64,000 bases of DNA from Octopus bimaculoides (Eukaryota), in NCBI RefSeq assembly GCF_001194135.2, contig NC_068995.1:1809109-1873108 (forward strand), written 5' to 3'. The number at the start of each line of letters is the position of its first letter. Positions within the stretch are counted from its first letter, which is position 1. Of the stretch, positions 12,301-24,224 are shown in pieces. Under the pieces are notes generated by a model. The model ran no database searches. It was given only the letters and a program-made list of their open reading frames with translations, and was not told where the DNA came from. The translations under genes were made by a program, and so were the position numbers.

Positions 12301-15300
12301 GTGGACAGATGGACAGGGAGACAGACAGATGGATATATATATTGACAGACAGATGTCATCATCATATACATGCACTGAGTGAAATGACGAAGGACTTATT
12401 TAAACAATCACCTGAAGAAGTGCATTTCACACTTTGGATGGATGATAATGATTGCACATCTCAACAATCTAATACAGGCGTAAAAATGTGTTGAAACGAT
12501 TGTAGTGACTTTAAATGAAGAATGTCATTCATTCCATTTTCTGTCATTTATCTACTTATATAATCTCTGTGGATACTATAGAGTTCCTGATGTATATTCA
12601 GCAGTAAGAGTATTTCCACTGTATGATGACATCAGATAGCCAATGACTGTGGTTGAGCTTTGCTTAGCATTCGGCAAGATTGTCACCTGAATTTTATTTA
12701 ACTTTATGTATATATATATATATACATATATGTATGTACGCACACACACACACACACATACACATATACACAAACACACACACATACATGTATATGTGTG
12801 TGTGTGTCTTATGTTGTAAAATTGAGAAATTCTGTAATTCCAGTGTGGAATTAAATTCGGGAGTTATTTTTCCAACAGGTTTCCATGTTTTGGGAATATT
12901 CCGAGTTGGGTGTTCAAAGAAGAGAGTCAAACAGGTAAGTTTTGGAGCTTGGCTTTTCCCTTTCTTTCTCCCTTTTTCTCTCTCTGTCCATATATACACA
13001 CATGGATACACACACACACACGACCATACACTTTGCACACATTCATACACACATATACAATGGGCTTCTTTCAGTTTCCATTTAACAAATCCACTCACAA
13101 GGCTTTGGTTTTGTCCATGGCTATGATATAAGACACATTGCTAAGGGGTGGCCATGCCAAAGCCCAAAGCCAAGTGGTTCGGAATGGAAGTTGTTTGCCA
13201 CACAGCAATGCAATGTCATTCATTTCCAATATTTGTCTGGCTATGAGGAAATATTCCACTGCTTGGAAACAGATGAGGGTTGGTGAATGGAAGGGCATCC
13301 AGCCTTAGAAAATCTGCTTCGATAAAGTCCATTTGACCCATTCGAGCATGGAAAAGTGGATGTTAAAGGAGGACAGTGATATTGTTTGTCTTTTAATATT
13401 GTTTTATGGTTAAGGTGGTGAGCTAGCAGTGTCATTAACACACTGGACAAAATGCTTAGCAGTACTTCGCCCGTCTGTAAGTTCTGAGTTCAAATTCCAC
13501 TGAGGTCAACTTTGCCTTTCATCCTTTCAGGATTGATAAATTAAGTACCAGTTGCGTACTGGGGTCGATCTAATCAACTGGCCCCCTCCCCCAAAACTTC
13601 GGTCCTTGTGCCTAGAGTAGAACGGAATTGATAGCATACAGGACAAAATGCAACATTACATCCGTCTTTTAACATTCTGGGTTCTAATTCCAAAATGCTT
13701 AGTAACATTTTATCAGTCTTAATGTCTTGAGTTCAAATTCTACCAAAGTCGACTTTAGTTTTCATCCTTTCGGGGTCAATAAAATAAGCACCATTCAATT
13801 ATTGGGGGTCGATGTCCTAGACTCACCCCTTCCTCCGAACATGCTGGCCTTGTGCCAAAGTTTGAAACCAATATAGGTTTATGGTTGATACGGCATCACA
13901 GCATCAGAATATTAACCAATTCCTCCACACAGTGAATGTTTAACCTCTTCTGATAATTGAAATAATGACAGAATAGTGAACAACCTTACGTTAAATATTC
14001 ATTCACCCACAACTTGTACTTTAAACCTTATCTCATGGAAATTCTGCCCTTCTTACTCCATCTCTGCTCATTGCTGCTTCCAGCAACAGCTGTTAATGAT
14101 GATGATGATGATGATAGAGATGATAGAGATGATAGAGATGGTGGTGGTGACGGTGGTGGTAGCGATGATGATGATGATGATGATGATGACTGTAAAGCTC
14201 AGCCAACCCCCTGCTAGCACTTGGATTAGAGACAATCATCGTTAGCCCCTTCCCTCTCTCTTTCTTTCTCTTTCTCTTTATCCATGTTAACGATTAAAAA
14301 TTCATTAAAAGCTATCAGAAGCTTCTTAATATAATTAATATAGTTAACAGCTAATTGCTCTTAAATAGTTTCCAGTCTGAAAGTAAAGCAGGTAATTAAC
14401 CAAACGTGTGTGTCTGTGTGTGTGTGTGTGGATCTATATGTATATATATTTATATANNNNNNNNNNNNNNNNNNNNNNNNNNATATATATATATATATAT
14501 ATAAAATGTATGTATATAGTTTTAAAATCTTAGGAAATAATAAGTATTCCAGATTATCAGGACACTTACTATTTTACACTTTATTAATGCAATGTAAACA
14601 CTATCATATCCCAAATTTGTAATAATATATATATATATAGATAGATAGATAGATAGATATTTACACACACACACACACACACGTGTGTGTGTGTGTAAAA
14701 GGCACCCAGTCCTAGAAAACTCTTCTTGAAGTACTGACATTTAACCCATGCAAACATGAAATGGAAGAAAGTGTTGTTAAAAATTTGTCCTACAAATATT
14801 CCTCACAGATTCTTTATATTTGCTGTGTTCTAAAATGAAACTTTCTCATTGCAGTTGCGAGATGAATTTGATAGCGGCAAAGACGTCATCCTTGATGAAT
14901 CTCAGAACCCACATGATGTCGGTGCCCTATTAAAGGAATTTTTTCGAGACTTACCTGAGCCCCTACTTACTCGGGATCTTTATTCACCTTTTGTGGCCAC
15001 ACGACGTGAGTTGAGCCTTAGAAAATTGCTAATCATAGATTAGACTGGATTAGGCCAGGGGTGACCCTCTTGTGAGTGTTGTAAACTTACAAGGGGGTGA
15101 TAAATGCTGGGGAACTCTATGAGTGCTGCTGAGTTTTAGATGGAGGGGATGGTTGTTATTTTTCTTAGAAAGGAAATATTTAAACCAGATACACTAAATA
15201 TATTTTAAATACATTTTCAATGATAAAAATCTACATGCACATATATTTAACACATTTGTGTGCATTTGAATATGGAAATGCATTTTGCTGTGGAAGTAGC

Positions 15301-18300
15301 CATTTTGTTTCTTACAGACAATACATGTGAAAATACATCATTGGGCAATTAATGATCTCAAAGAATTGTAAGGTACATGCATTTCATTATCATTGCACAT
15401 CATCAGCTACGAACATCAACTCAGTCTTTCACAGTTCTTTAAGAACAGTTGTTTTTATATGAAAGAACAATACAAACATGTTAAATGTGATTGTATTCAC
15501 CTGTATTTCAGTGAGCGCTGCTTTGTTCATCTCTCGTTAATTAATTCCAGGTTGATCAAGCTTTGCACACATCAGTAATTGTATTATTTGCTATTCTTAT
15601 ATGTATAAGTACAGCTGTCTTGACATGGTTGTGAGAGGTGATTCAGTGTTTGTAACTGATGAAGTATATCGATGCATGAAGAGCTTCTGTACTGTGTAGC
15701 ATTTGGAGCATGGCTTATACAGACATGGACTGATGCACACAGGCATATATAGAAATGCATGCATGTATATCTGTATACATGCATACACACACACAGCTGT
15801 CTCTGTATATATATTTTTACACACACACACACACACACACACATGCACATCTATCTCTGCATATATTTACACACACACATGCACATCTATCTCTGTATAT
15901 ATATTTATACGCACACACACACACACACATACACATATCTAAGGCATCTCCCTTATACAATACAAAAGTATGATGCTTAAGATTTTATTTTTAAAAAATC
16001 TGTTTCAGTAAAAATAAGGAAAGCAAACATATATGTGTGTTTGTATTTGTGTGTGCGTGCACATGAGTGCATGTGTGTGTGTGCGTGCATGCGTGTGTGT
16101 ATGTGCATGTGTGTGTGTTTGTGTGTGTGACTGTATCCACCAGACTGTTAGCTGTTTATACTCTGCTGGTCACAGTGTACTTACTCTCATTGTTGTAGCT
16201 TTTCAATGATGGCATTCCACCCAACTGGTGAATATAAATATGTAGATTATGCATGTGTGTTTGTGTGTGTGTGAGTGTCTCTGTGTGGACACAAATCTTT
16301 GTGCCCATTATGTGTCTATAAGCCATGCTCCAAATGCCTTGCAGTGCTCACCACTTTGGCTTCTTCACACATGGATTTCTCCGTTTTCAGTTATTTTATG
16401 ATAATAATAATCATAATAGTAATTAGAAGAAGAAGAAGGAGGAGGAGGAAAAGGAGAAGGAGGGTAGGCAGAGGTGGATGACAATAATAATAATTATATT
16501 CTAGATGAATTAGATTAGTGTTCAGAGTGGAGTTCAATGCAAAAAAACAAGATGATAGGTACCAATACTCTAGCTGGGCCAGCTTCAAGTTGCAATATTC
16601 TTAATTCGATGCTAAAATGCACCAACCAAACTAGACAGGAAAACAAGAAAAATAATGAAGGAATTTAGAATACAACACCCAAAATTTGACACAGAAATGT
16701 TATATATACAATGAATTGATGACAGTAGAAGTCTTATACAATTAGAAAATTAGTATAGAATATCCATTCTAGGATTACAGAACCAAGGGAAACTGATACA
16801 AATAGTGACAAAAAAAAAGGGAGCAAAACAAAAAGGAAAAAAAAACTGTTTTCTGTCTTCAAGGAAGCTGAAAAATACAAGAAAGAGGTCAAAATACTTG
16901 ACAACTATGAAGAAAAAGAGCAAATGAAAGCTGTAAAGCAACTCAAATCTAAACTAAAGCTGGAACTACAAAATACTGGGATAAAACGATGACAAAAAAA
17001 GGCGGGGGCTGCCTGGCAAATAAGCTGAAGAGAAAAGAAATAGAGAAAGTAAAATCTCATCACTTGTTCGATTCATCCATTCTGTCGACAGATATTGTTT
17101 TTTTTCTTTGTTTTTATTTTTGTTGTATTGGTTTTTGTCTTAATGCATGTTGTCTGGTGCAATCTGTTGTATGATGATGATGATGGTGGTGGTGGTGGTG
17201 ATGGTGGTGGTGAATGACTGTTCAGGTTTCCTCATTAGTTCCCCTAATTAGTATGATTAATTAAATATCACTAACACAGAGATATAATTTGTCTTTTTTC
17301 ACCATTTACTCTTTCAGGAATCAACAACCCTGAGAAGCAGATTTTGGCCCTTAAGTTGCTGGTTTCTCTTCTGCCAGTCCCTAACAGGGATACTTTATGG
17401 GCCTTGATGAAGTTCTTGAGGAAAGTTGCTCAACATTCCACAGATACCATTGATAAGAATGGTCAAACAGTGAGTAATGGAACCAAACAGGTTTACTCTG
17501 TGTGTGTGTGTGTGATATGTTTGTATAATGTGTGTATATGTAGGTGCATAATGTGGATATATGTGTGTATGTAATGTATCTATGTGTGTATGTGTGTGTG
17601 TGTATGTATAACTGTATGTGTGTGTATGTAAATATGTGTGTATGAGAGAGAGAAAAAAAGACGTACCGACAGACAGACAGAGTGGTTCCCTACACCTTTC
17701 TTACTGATCTGATTTACCAAATTCTTTCCAGTTACCCGGGAACAGAATGGACTCAACAAATTTGGCCACCTTATTTGGCCCCAATATTCTTCATAAAGCT
17801 AAAGTGGGAGAAAGGAAATACATGGTGGAAAGTTGTGCCAGAGCCGAGGAGAGAAAAGACGTGATAGAAGTCGTGAAGACAATGATTGAAGATTCTTCCA
17901 TTTTTGAGGTAAAAAAAAAACTACAACCAATTCTCTCTCCATAGCTTTGCTGGTGTTGTTGTTGTTGTTGTTGCCAGTACCTTGGTCCAGGGATCAAAGA
18001 GACAAAACCTTCAAATTCCTTTGAATTTTGGAGAGAACATCCACCATAAGGGTTTGAAAGGGGTCTCCTTCAACCAGACAAAATTTCTCTTAAAGGCTCT
18101 GCCAACCTCAAATAGCTTTCATCAAGTTCACCAAAGGGATAACCTGTCCCTCTACATCAACGGTTCTCAACCAGGGTCCATATAAGATTTTGGTGGGTTC
18201 CATGCATAAATTGGGGATCCACTATAGTATTTTAAGGGCCCCTGAAAAACCTTTTGCTTTGGACGTGTCTCGTATTGGTGTGTATTGTAAGAAACAGTTG

Positions 18301-20701
18301 GGTTTCTTTCTCTAACGTTTTAAATAGTTCAACCTACACAAGTTTAAGTGTAAATAAACAAATTGGGCATTTTGAAAGAAGTTGCTATAAAACTAGGTTT
18401 TAAACATTGAATGGCTAGGGGGTGGGGCACAAGAATAAAATAGAAATCAAAGGGGCCCATAGATAAAAAAAAATGTTTAGGAACCCCTGCTATACACCCT
18501 GCCAACAGATGTAATTATGTCCACACTACTTGCTTTCTTTAACAGAATTTTAATTTTCACAAAGTTCTAGCCCTAGCCCTGAAGTAAGGGCAGACAACTC
18601 CCAGTGCACTAATTGTTTCTTTCTGATTGTTTAAACAGATCCCACCAAATATTTATGATGAAGTCCTGCGTTACATCATGGAAGATAATCCAGAAGTGTG
18701 TGATAAGTTACTGAAACATATTGCCAGTGATAGTGGGTAAGTTGTTCTGATTGCACCATTATGGGTTTGAGGTTGGCGACCAAGAGTAATGGACTTGAGA
18801 CCACCCCTGTTGGAAAACTATGATATTCCGAGAGCGAAATTGGAATCAGACGACAAAAGTGGTACAGTTGTGTAATGCGTGTGTGTGTGGATATATTTAA
18901 AAAGTTCCCTTCACCACCATGAAGTTTCGGGTTTGGTCCCACTCTCAGTATGGTACAATTGGGGAATGTCTGTAATGGTTCTGGGCCGACTGATGCTTTG
19001 TGAGTGAATTTGGTCGATAGAAGCTACAGGAGGCTCACAGTGCATCTATACAAGCGAACGCGCGTGCGATCCTCATCAGTTTTACGTCCATTTATCAGTG
19101 AGACAAAATTTATTGATTCGCTCTGTTGTTTCTCAGACACTACCGCCCGTCTTCCTTCCAGCGACGAAAACATGAATGGAAGAACTTGTTTAAGTTAATG
19201 AAAATAACGGCGTGTTTCGTATTGAGTCTTTCCCTTTTTATACTCGTCAGTTTTGCTTTTGTGGTAAATCATAAGTTATTGAGAGTTACTTCCCTTGACG
19301 AGCGGAATTTCAGTTTTTCTGGACAAGCGACGGAGACACAAACACGATTGAGTGGATTGTAATGCTTTGTTAATGAAACTCGTTAATGTTGCGAGGATTC
19401 TGTTAATGAGATTAATTACAAGTCACAATCTTAAGAGAAACTTTGTTTTTGAAAAATTTCACATCTATACTTTCTGCTTATACACTTGTGACAGCATTCA
19501 CTGGGGCTGGGTTGAGCTGGTCTGAGCAACGAGTTCACCATGGGCCCTTACAAATACTGACTACATTCAACAGTTGGTCCTGACGTTCCAACTGGCAAAG
19601 TAATGCTTCTGGCTGCAACTCAAAAATGCTCCACTAGGAAAGAAATGCATCAGACAGCTTGGACGCCATAGCTACGGTTGTCATTCATTGTTGAGGTGTA
19701 GAGTTTATGTTTGGAGTTTCAGCTGGGATACATGTTTACATGTGACTCCCAGTCACATGTAACATTTTATACATGTCTAGTAAATTATTTGACAACTAAA
19801 TTTATATTTTTGCTATCTTTTCTTGAGTATTCTTCATTGAAATTTCGTTCTTTTTAATTTCTTCAGAGTTGATGTTGGTTTGGAAACTAGTTATGGGAGT
19901 GTGTTTAGTGAGGGTGAAAGCCAACAGAATCTCCACCCTCGCCAGACACATCGATTATGTTCTTCACTTTCTGATGCTGGAGACAGCAGAGGTGCGAACC
20001 TCCACCGACAACTCAGTTCCCAGTCTTCGTACACATCCTGCCCATCGGATTCTGAACGTGACGATACCGACCCACGTCAAGCGGGACCCGATTACCACCG
20101 ACGCCAAGCAAGAATGATTCTTCGTCAACGCTGCAAGACATCAACTGACCTCCAACTCTCTCCAACCGGCCTTAATGTTTCGGTTCCTGTCAGAAACACA
20201 CAGCAATTGCAGGCATCAGGCAGCCAAACATCAAATACCACATTGACAGTTCCACAGCAATCACAGTATATTAGGCAGAACAGCTGTCCAGGGTTGTGTT
20301 CCTCTTCTACATCACCGCCATCATCATCATCATCATCATCATACTTCACTCCATCTACATTGGTCCACATCGTAGATCAGCGCTCTCCCAAACTGGGGCT
20401 TTCCAAATCTGAACGAGAACTCTCTCAGACAGGTTATTCAAGACTGCTAGCTCACTCCAGAGAAAGCTCTCCTGCATCCACTCCTCCCAGAATCACCACC
20501 ACAACATCATCGTTGTCATCACCATCATCATCATCAACACCTCCGACATCATTCACCTCTTTGCAACAAGCACAGCCTCTCAAAGCACCAAACTCTCAGT
20601 TGCAGAGAATTGCAGAATGGCAAAGAGAAAGATGGCGCCAATGGGGTCATTTAACTTCAGATAAATCTGAAGAAAAAAAGGAGCATGAGACTTTGGTATA
20701 A
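8120..20701 (+). CDS. ARHGAP6: Rho GTPase-activating protein 6-like gene (spliced, 5'-partial; join 8120-8279,8926-9006,9709-9832,11378-11471,11997-12201,12879-12934,14855-15005,17318-17469,17732-17908,18639-18736,19867-20701)
   Basis: All GT-AG junctions are phase-compatible; total 2133 nt = 710 aa + stop. RhoGAP motifs VPQIV..C, GIFRVG.SKKRV (Arg finger), [39 protein letters not shown]. The N-terminal [10 protein letters not shown] block and C-terminal WQRERW..ETLV match human ARHGAP6 as recalled. Confidence 0.9.
8561..8722 (+). mobile_element. SINE 3' part with (ATG)n tail, young subfamily
   Basis: gagtggttggcgttaggaagggcatccagctgtag...acgttaaacgatgatgatg. Confidence 0.85.
8926..9006 (+). 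CDS. ARHGAP6: ARHGAP6-like exon ([27 protein letters not shown])
   Basis: ttttactgcag acceptor, G|gtaagc donor, phase 1-1. Confidence 0.85.
9709..9832 (+). CDS. ARHGAP6: ARHGAP6-like exon ([21 protein letters not shown]...)
   Basis: ttttgttccag acceptor, AA|gtaagt donor; F.IPLS.CIAN resembles human FGMPLSQVIAND. Confidence 0.85.
9960..10155. repeat. Degenerate minisatellite, unit about 15 bp (gagcaaatgtctttg)
   Basis: About 9 recurring gcaaatg.ctttg units. Confidence 0.7.
11378..11471 (+). CDS. ARHGAP6: ARHGAP6-like exon ([13 protein letters not shown]...NNRS)
   Basis: acttcag acceptor, TCT|gtgagt donor; bridges phase 2 to phase 0 as required. Confidence 0.75.
11997..12201 (+). CDS. ARHGAP6: ARHGAP6-like exon (FHAGSTDSL...[15 protein letters not shown])
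   Basis: ttttcag acceptor, G|gtaaat donor; start of RhoGAP domain. Confidence 0.9.
12879..12934 (+). CDS. ARHGAP6: ARHGAP6-like exon with arginine finger ([19 protein letters not shown])
   Basis: tccaacag acceptor, CAG|gtaagt donor; catalytic Arg codon CGA at 12902-12904. Confidence 0.93.
13420..13625 (+). mobile_element. tRNA-type SINE with a Deu/Nin-like core
   Basis: gttctgagttcaaattcc...gcctttcatcctttc.gg..gataaattaagtacc core; related copies at 13720-13870, 24230-24430, 45050-45260, 47140-47570 (two, -), 50580-50770 (-), 56200-56410. Confidence 0.75.
14855..15005 (+). CDS. ARHGAP6: ARHGAP6-like exon (LRDEFDSG...[24 protein letters not shown])
   Basis: cattgcag acceptor, C|gtgagt donor; RhoGAP core motif. 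Confidence 0.93.
16505..17050 (+). mobile_element. Degenerate R4/Dong-like non-LTR retrotransposon fragment (post-RT region)
   Basis: With frameshifts: [21 protein letters not shown]...[10 protein letters not shown], typical of R4/Dong ELNAKNKI.AINTLA...LDRKTRK. Confidence 0.6.
17318..17469 (+). CDS. ARHGAP6: ARHGAP6-like exon ([26 protein letters not shown]...)
   Basis: ctttcag acceptor, ACA|gtgagt donor; LP..NRDTL motif. Confidence 0.92.
17732..17908 (+). CDS. ARHGAP6: ARHGAP6-like exon ([22 protein letters not shown]...)
   Basis: ctttccag acceptor, GAG|gtaaaa donor; N.M...NLA..FGPN motif. Confidence 0.93.
18639..18736 (+). CDS. ARHGAP6: ARHGAP6-like exon ([25 protein letters not shown]...)
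   Basis: aaacag acceptor, GG|gtaagt donor (phase 2); resembles human VPPDLQNEVL..DPDVVDYLL. Confidence 0.9.
19137..19362 (+). CDS. Candidate alternative terminal exon of ARHGAP6-like gene encoding a C-terminal transmembrane helix
   Basis: ctctgttgtttctcag acceptor in phase 2, matching the 18736 donor; 74 open codons then TAA; hydrophobic run [21 protein letters not shown]. No transcript evidence available. Confidence 0.5.
19867..20701 (+). CDS. ARHGAP6: ARHGAP6-like terminal exon (Ser-rich tail ending WQRERW...HETLV*)
   Basis: tttcttcag acceptor, phase 2; long ORF; class I PDZ-ligand end. Confidence 0.92.
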
Positions 20702-20721
20702 TGGATTCCTGGAAAATGTAA

Positions 20722-20764
<43 letters not shown>

Positions 20765-20820
20765 TATGTATAAATATATACACACACACATATACATATA
20801 TATAAATATTATATATATAT

Positions 20821-20864
<44 letters not shown>

Positions 20865-21339
20865 CAGATTATTATCAAGAAAAAATTGCAAGGGCTGTTA
20901 AAAGTGGGTGTATATGTGAGAAAAAGAGAAAGTGTACTTGTATGATGTTTGTGTGTGTATGTGTGTTTCTGTGAATGTATATGTAACGTATATATATATC
21001 TAAGTATATTTTTGTGCACACTGAAAAAGATGTATAAATATGTATGTGTACATCGTATACATGTACATAACCGTCAACTGGGTGCACATTTGTTTAAATA
21101 CACACACACACACATACACACAAAGCAGAAAAATGTACATGTATGTGTGTGTATTGATGTTTATACATATATATATGTAAGTATATATGTGTGTGTGTGT
21201 GTGTTTGTATGTGCATATACATGTGTGAGTTTGCATGTGTTTGTATTTGTGTATGTGTGTATGTATATATATGCACACATATGCCTGTGTATATACATAA
21301 ACACACACACATATATGAATATATACTTATATATATATA

Positions 21340-21490
21340 TCATCATCATTATCATCATCGTTTAACGTCCGCTTTCCATGCTAGCATGGGTTGGAGGATT
21401 TGACTGAGGACTGGTGAAACTGGATGGCAACACCAGGCTCCAATCTAATTTGGCAGAGTTTCTACAGCTGGATGCCCTTCCTAACGCCAA
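21340..21490 (-). mobile_element. SINE 3' part, same young subfamily
   Basis: Near-identical to 6551-6708. Confidence 0.85.
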
Positions 21491-21757
21491 ATATATATAT
21501 ATATAATCTTGATGTGTAACTGACATATTTCTCCCTCATTGTGAAACTAGACCAGCCTGGTTACCACATTTGGTTTAAAGCCCTTGTTCTGTTCTCACAG
21601 CAAAGGCTCGAGTGAACAGGGTGTCCATAAACTACACATACAATTTAAAGTGGAAAAGTGTGGAACTTGCAAAGATAATATCCGGACATCCTACATATTT
21701 ATTAAACATATGGGTGTAACTGTGTTTAATATATACATGCATACATATATGTAGTGT

Positions 21758-21806
<49 letters not shown>

Positions 21807-22589
21807 TATACATACATATTTATATATATATATATATTTGTATATAACTGTATATGTATGTGTATGTTTATGATTATGTGTGTGCATGCATGTGTGTATA
21901 TATATATATATGCGTGTGTGTATGCATGTGTGTATATATATATATATGCGTGTGTGTATGTGTGCAAATAATCTATGCCCTCGATTTGTGATTATATGTA
22001 TGTGTGTGACTCAGTATGTAGGAGTTTGTCCGTGTATCTGTACATGTGTGTATGTGTTTATACGTACGTATGTGTGTGTGTGTGTATATAGTTTATGCAC
22101 TCAATGTATAAAATATTGCAGCAAAACTGTATATAATGCACAAGGAAATAATCAGCAGCAAAAATAAATGATGGAATGAGAGGAGAAGAAGCAGTTAAGA
22201 GTAAAATTACGAAGTGGCCAATATTTTATTGTTATATAAGTCTTTTTTGTTATATATTTTATTTGTTGTTTTTTAATCAAGGTAGATAACTCTACAAGCC
22301 TTGAGATACGATTCTGAAAAAACAAAATCATTACAAAAAAAAAATTAATAAAAGCGTAAAAATATATAAACAGTTGAAAGAAAACAAATAAAAAAAGAAG
22401 GCATGAGCCTGAATTATGAAATTGGTTGAAATAGATTTATACATACACGCATACATACATACATACAGACATACATGCACATGCATACATACACGCATAC
22501 ACACATACACACTTGCATGCATGTGTGCATACATATATGTACACATGATTATGTGTGTGTGTGTGTGTGTTTACATGCACACACACACA

Positions 22590-23390
22590 CATATGGCCTT
22601 CAAGCAGCAGCCCTCTCCAGCCTCATAACCATCTGAATTGAATCTAAGACCCTGTTCAAAGATGTGGGGTGACATGACATCACCTTCACTGGAGACACAC
22701 CCAAGACCATCACAGTTTGTGAGACCTTGGCTTTCATGACATAGGACATGGATTATAGGCATGTCGTCTGTTATTGTGGATGTTACACAACTGGTCCCAG
22801 CAGAAGTTCTTTTCTTCTGAGAAGGACCAGATCCTCCCCCAGCTCACACGATGCCTCACTTTGTTCATGAGCTCCTTTTCCTTTGCCAAGTGGTTCTCCT
22901 TGGTCTTGGTCATAAGAATTTGTCCCTTACACTTCTTGTATGATTGGTAGAAGAGGTCCTCATTGAGGGCCAGCTTTATTGTGACAACTTAAAAACTCAT
23001 CTCTCTCACCGAAGCCTAGATTTCCTTGCTTGGATCTTCCATCACCTTGTTCTTCAGTTGTTGGCTAAATTCCAGTGTGCAGACACAATCAGAATGCCCT
23101 GTTGTGTCCGTTCCTGCTGGCCATGGCTTCACAGTCTCCATTGCAGCTGTCCGTGTCACATCTTACACCCTTTCCACTGTCCACAAAGCTTTGAGTAACA
23201 ATCATTCTGCCATTGGCTTTTTGATACCTGGCACAAAGCGTCCTGATACAAGTCAACCTTTCCTCAATATTCAGATGGCTTCCAATTCTCCATGTCAGAT
23301 AATTTCTTTCTCATCTACAACTTCGCCCTTTATGCTTTCCAATGCCATAGAATATTCATCAATACATCAAGCTGATCCTGAAAAAAGGAG
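22590..23390 (-). mobile_element. Tc1/mariner (maT-like) transposase relic
   Basis: Frameshifted MENWKPSEY..., TIKLALNEDL..SYKK.KGQIL, WSFSEEKNFC, GCVSSEGDVMSPHIFEQGLRFNSDGY. Confidence 0.75.
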
Positions 23391-24192
23391 ACATAAAAAA
23401 TCGTCTAATTTAACCCAAACACCTTCTGTGCATGTATGTTTCTATGTATGTATAACACGCACACACATACACACACAAACACACACATACACACACATTT
23501 CTTATTTCCCCCTCTCATCAGGTATTTGGTGACATTATTAGCATTAGCAATGGAATGAATATGATGTAGAACTTTCTTGAACAATGAAGAAGAAGAAAGA
23601 AATGAACATATTGATGGAGTGGAATGGTGAGGTGGTGGGGGTGGCTTGTTTTATGACACACCTGTTTAGAATACTGCTCACCTGTATGCATGATGATGAT
23701 GGACTACATGAGTCAGCAAGTGACCTACATGATGTTGCTTGGTTTGTTAGAAATAGCAGCAGAGTCTTCCTCATAACACACCTTGCTCTCTTAAAAAGGA
23801 GCAATGCATTAGATAGTGTAGCTTTAGATAGTCTTAAAGAGGTGAGGTGGTCATCTCTAGATTGTCATTTCTCAGATGCCTACTCAACCAAGATTAACAT
23901 GGAGATTTGGCAACAACAGAGATTATATTTCATTTTGCAGAATTCTGCCAAAGTTGGAACTTTGGGAGCAACAAACGAAACCCCTTATATTATCTAATCA
24001 CTTCCCTTTATGTTCTGAGTTTGGTATTACTCTAGGTTTCACTTTACATTCCACCCTTTCTGGGGTCAATAAAATATGTACCAGTGAAGTACTGGGGTCG
24101 ATCAGATTGACTAAACCCCTTCCTTTAAAATTACTGCCCTTGCCTGAAAATTTGAAACTCTTCTTTTTCTTGTTGTTGCTGTTGTTGTTGTA

Positions 24193-24224
<32 letters not shown>

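Noticed and set aside
23026-23532. 168-aa plus-strand ORF
   Set aside because: Antisense shadow of the maT transposase relic
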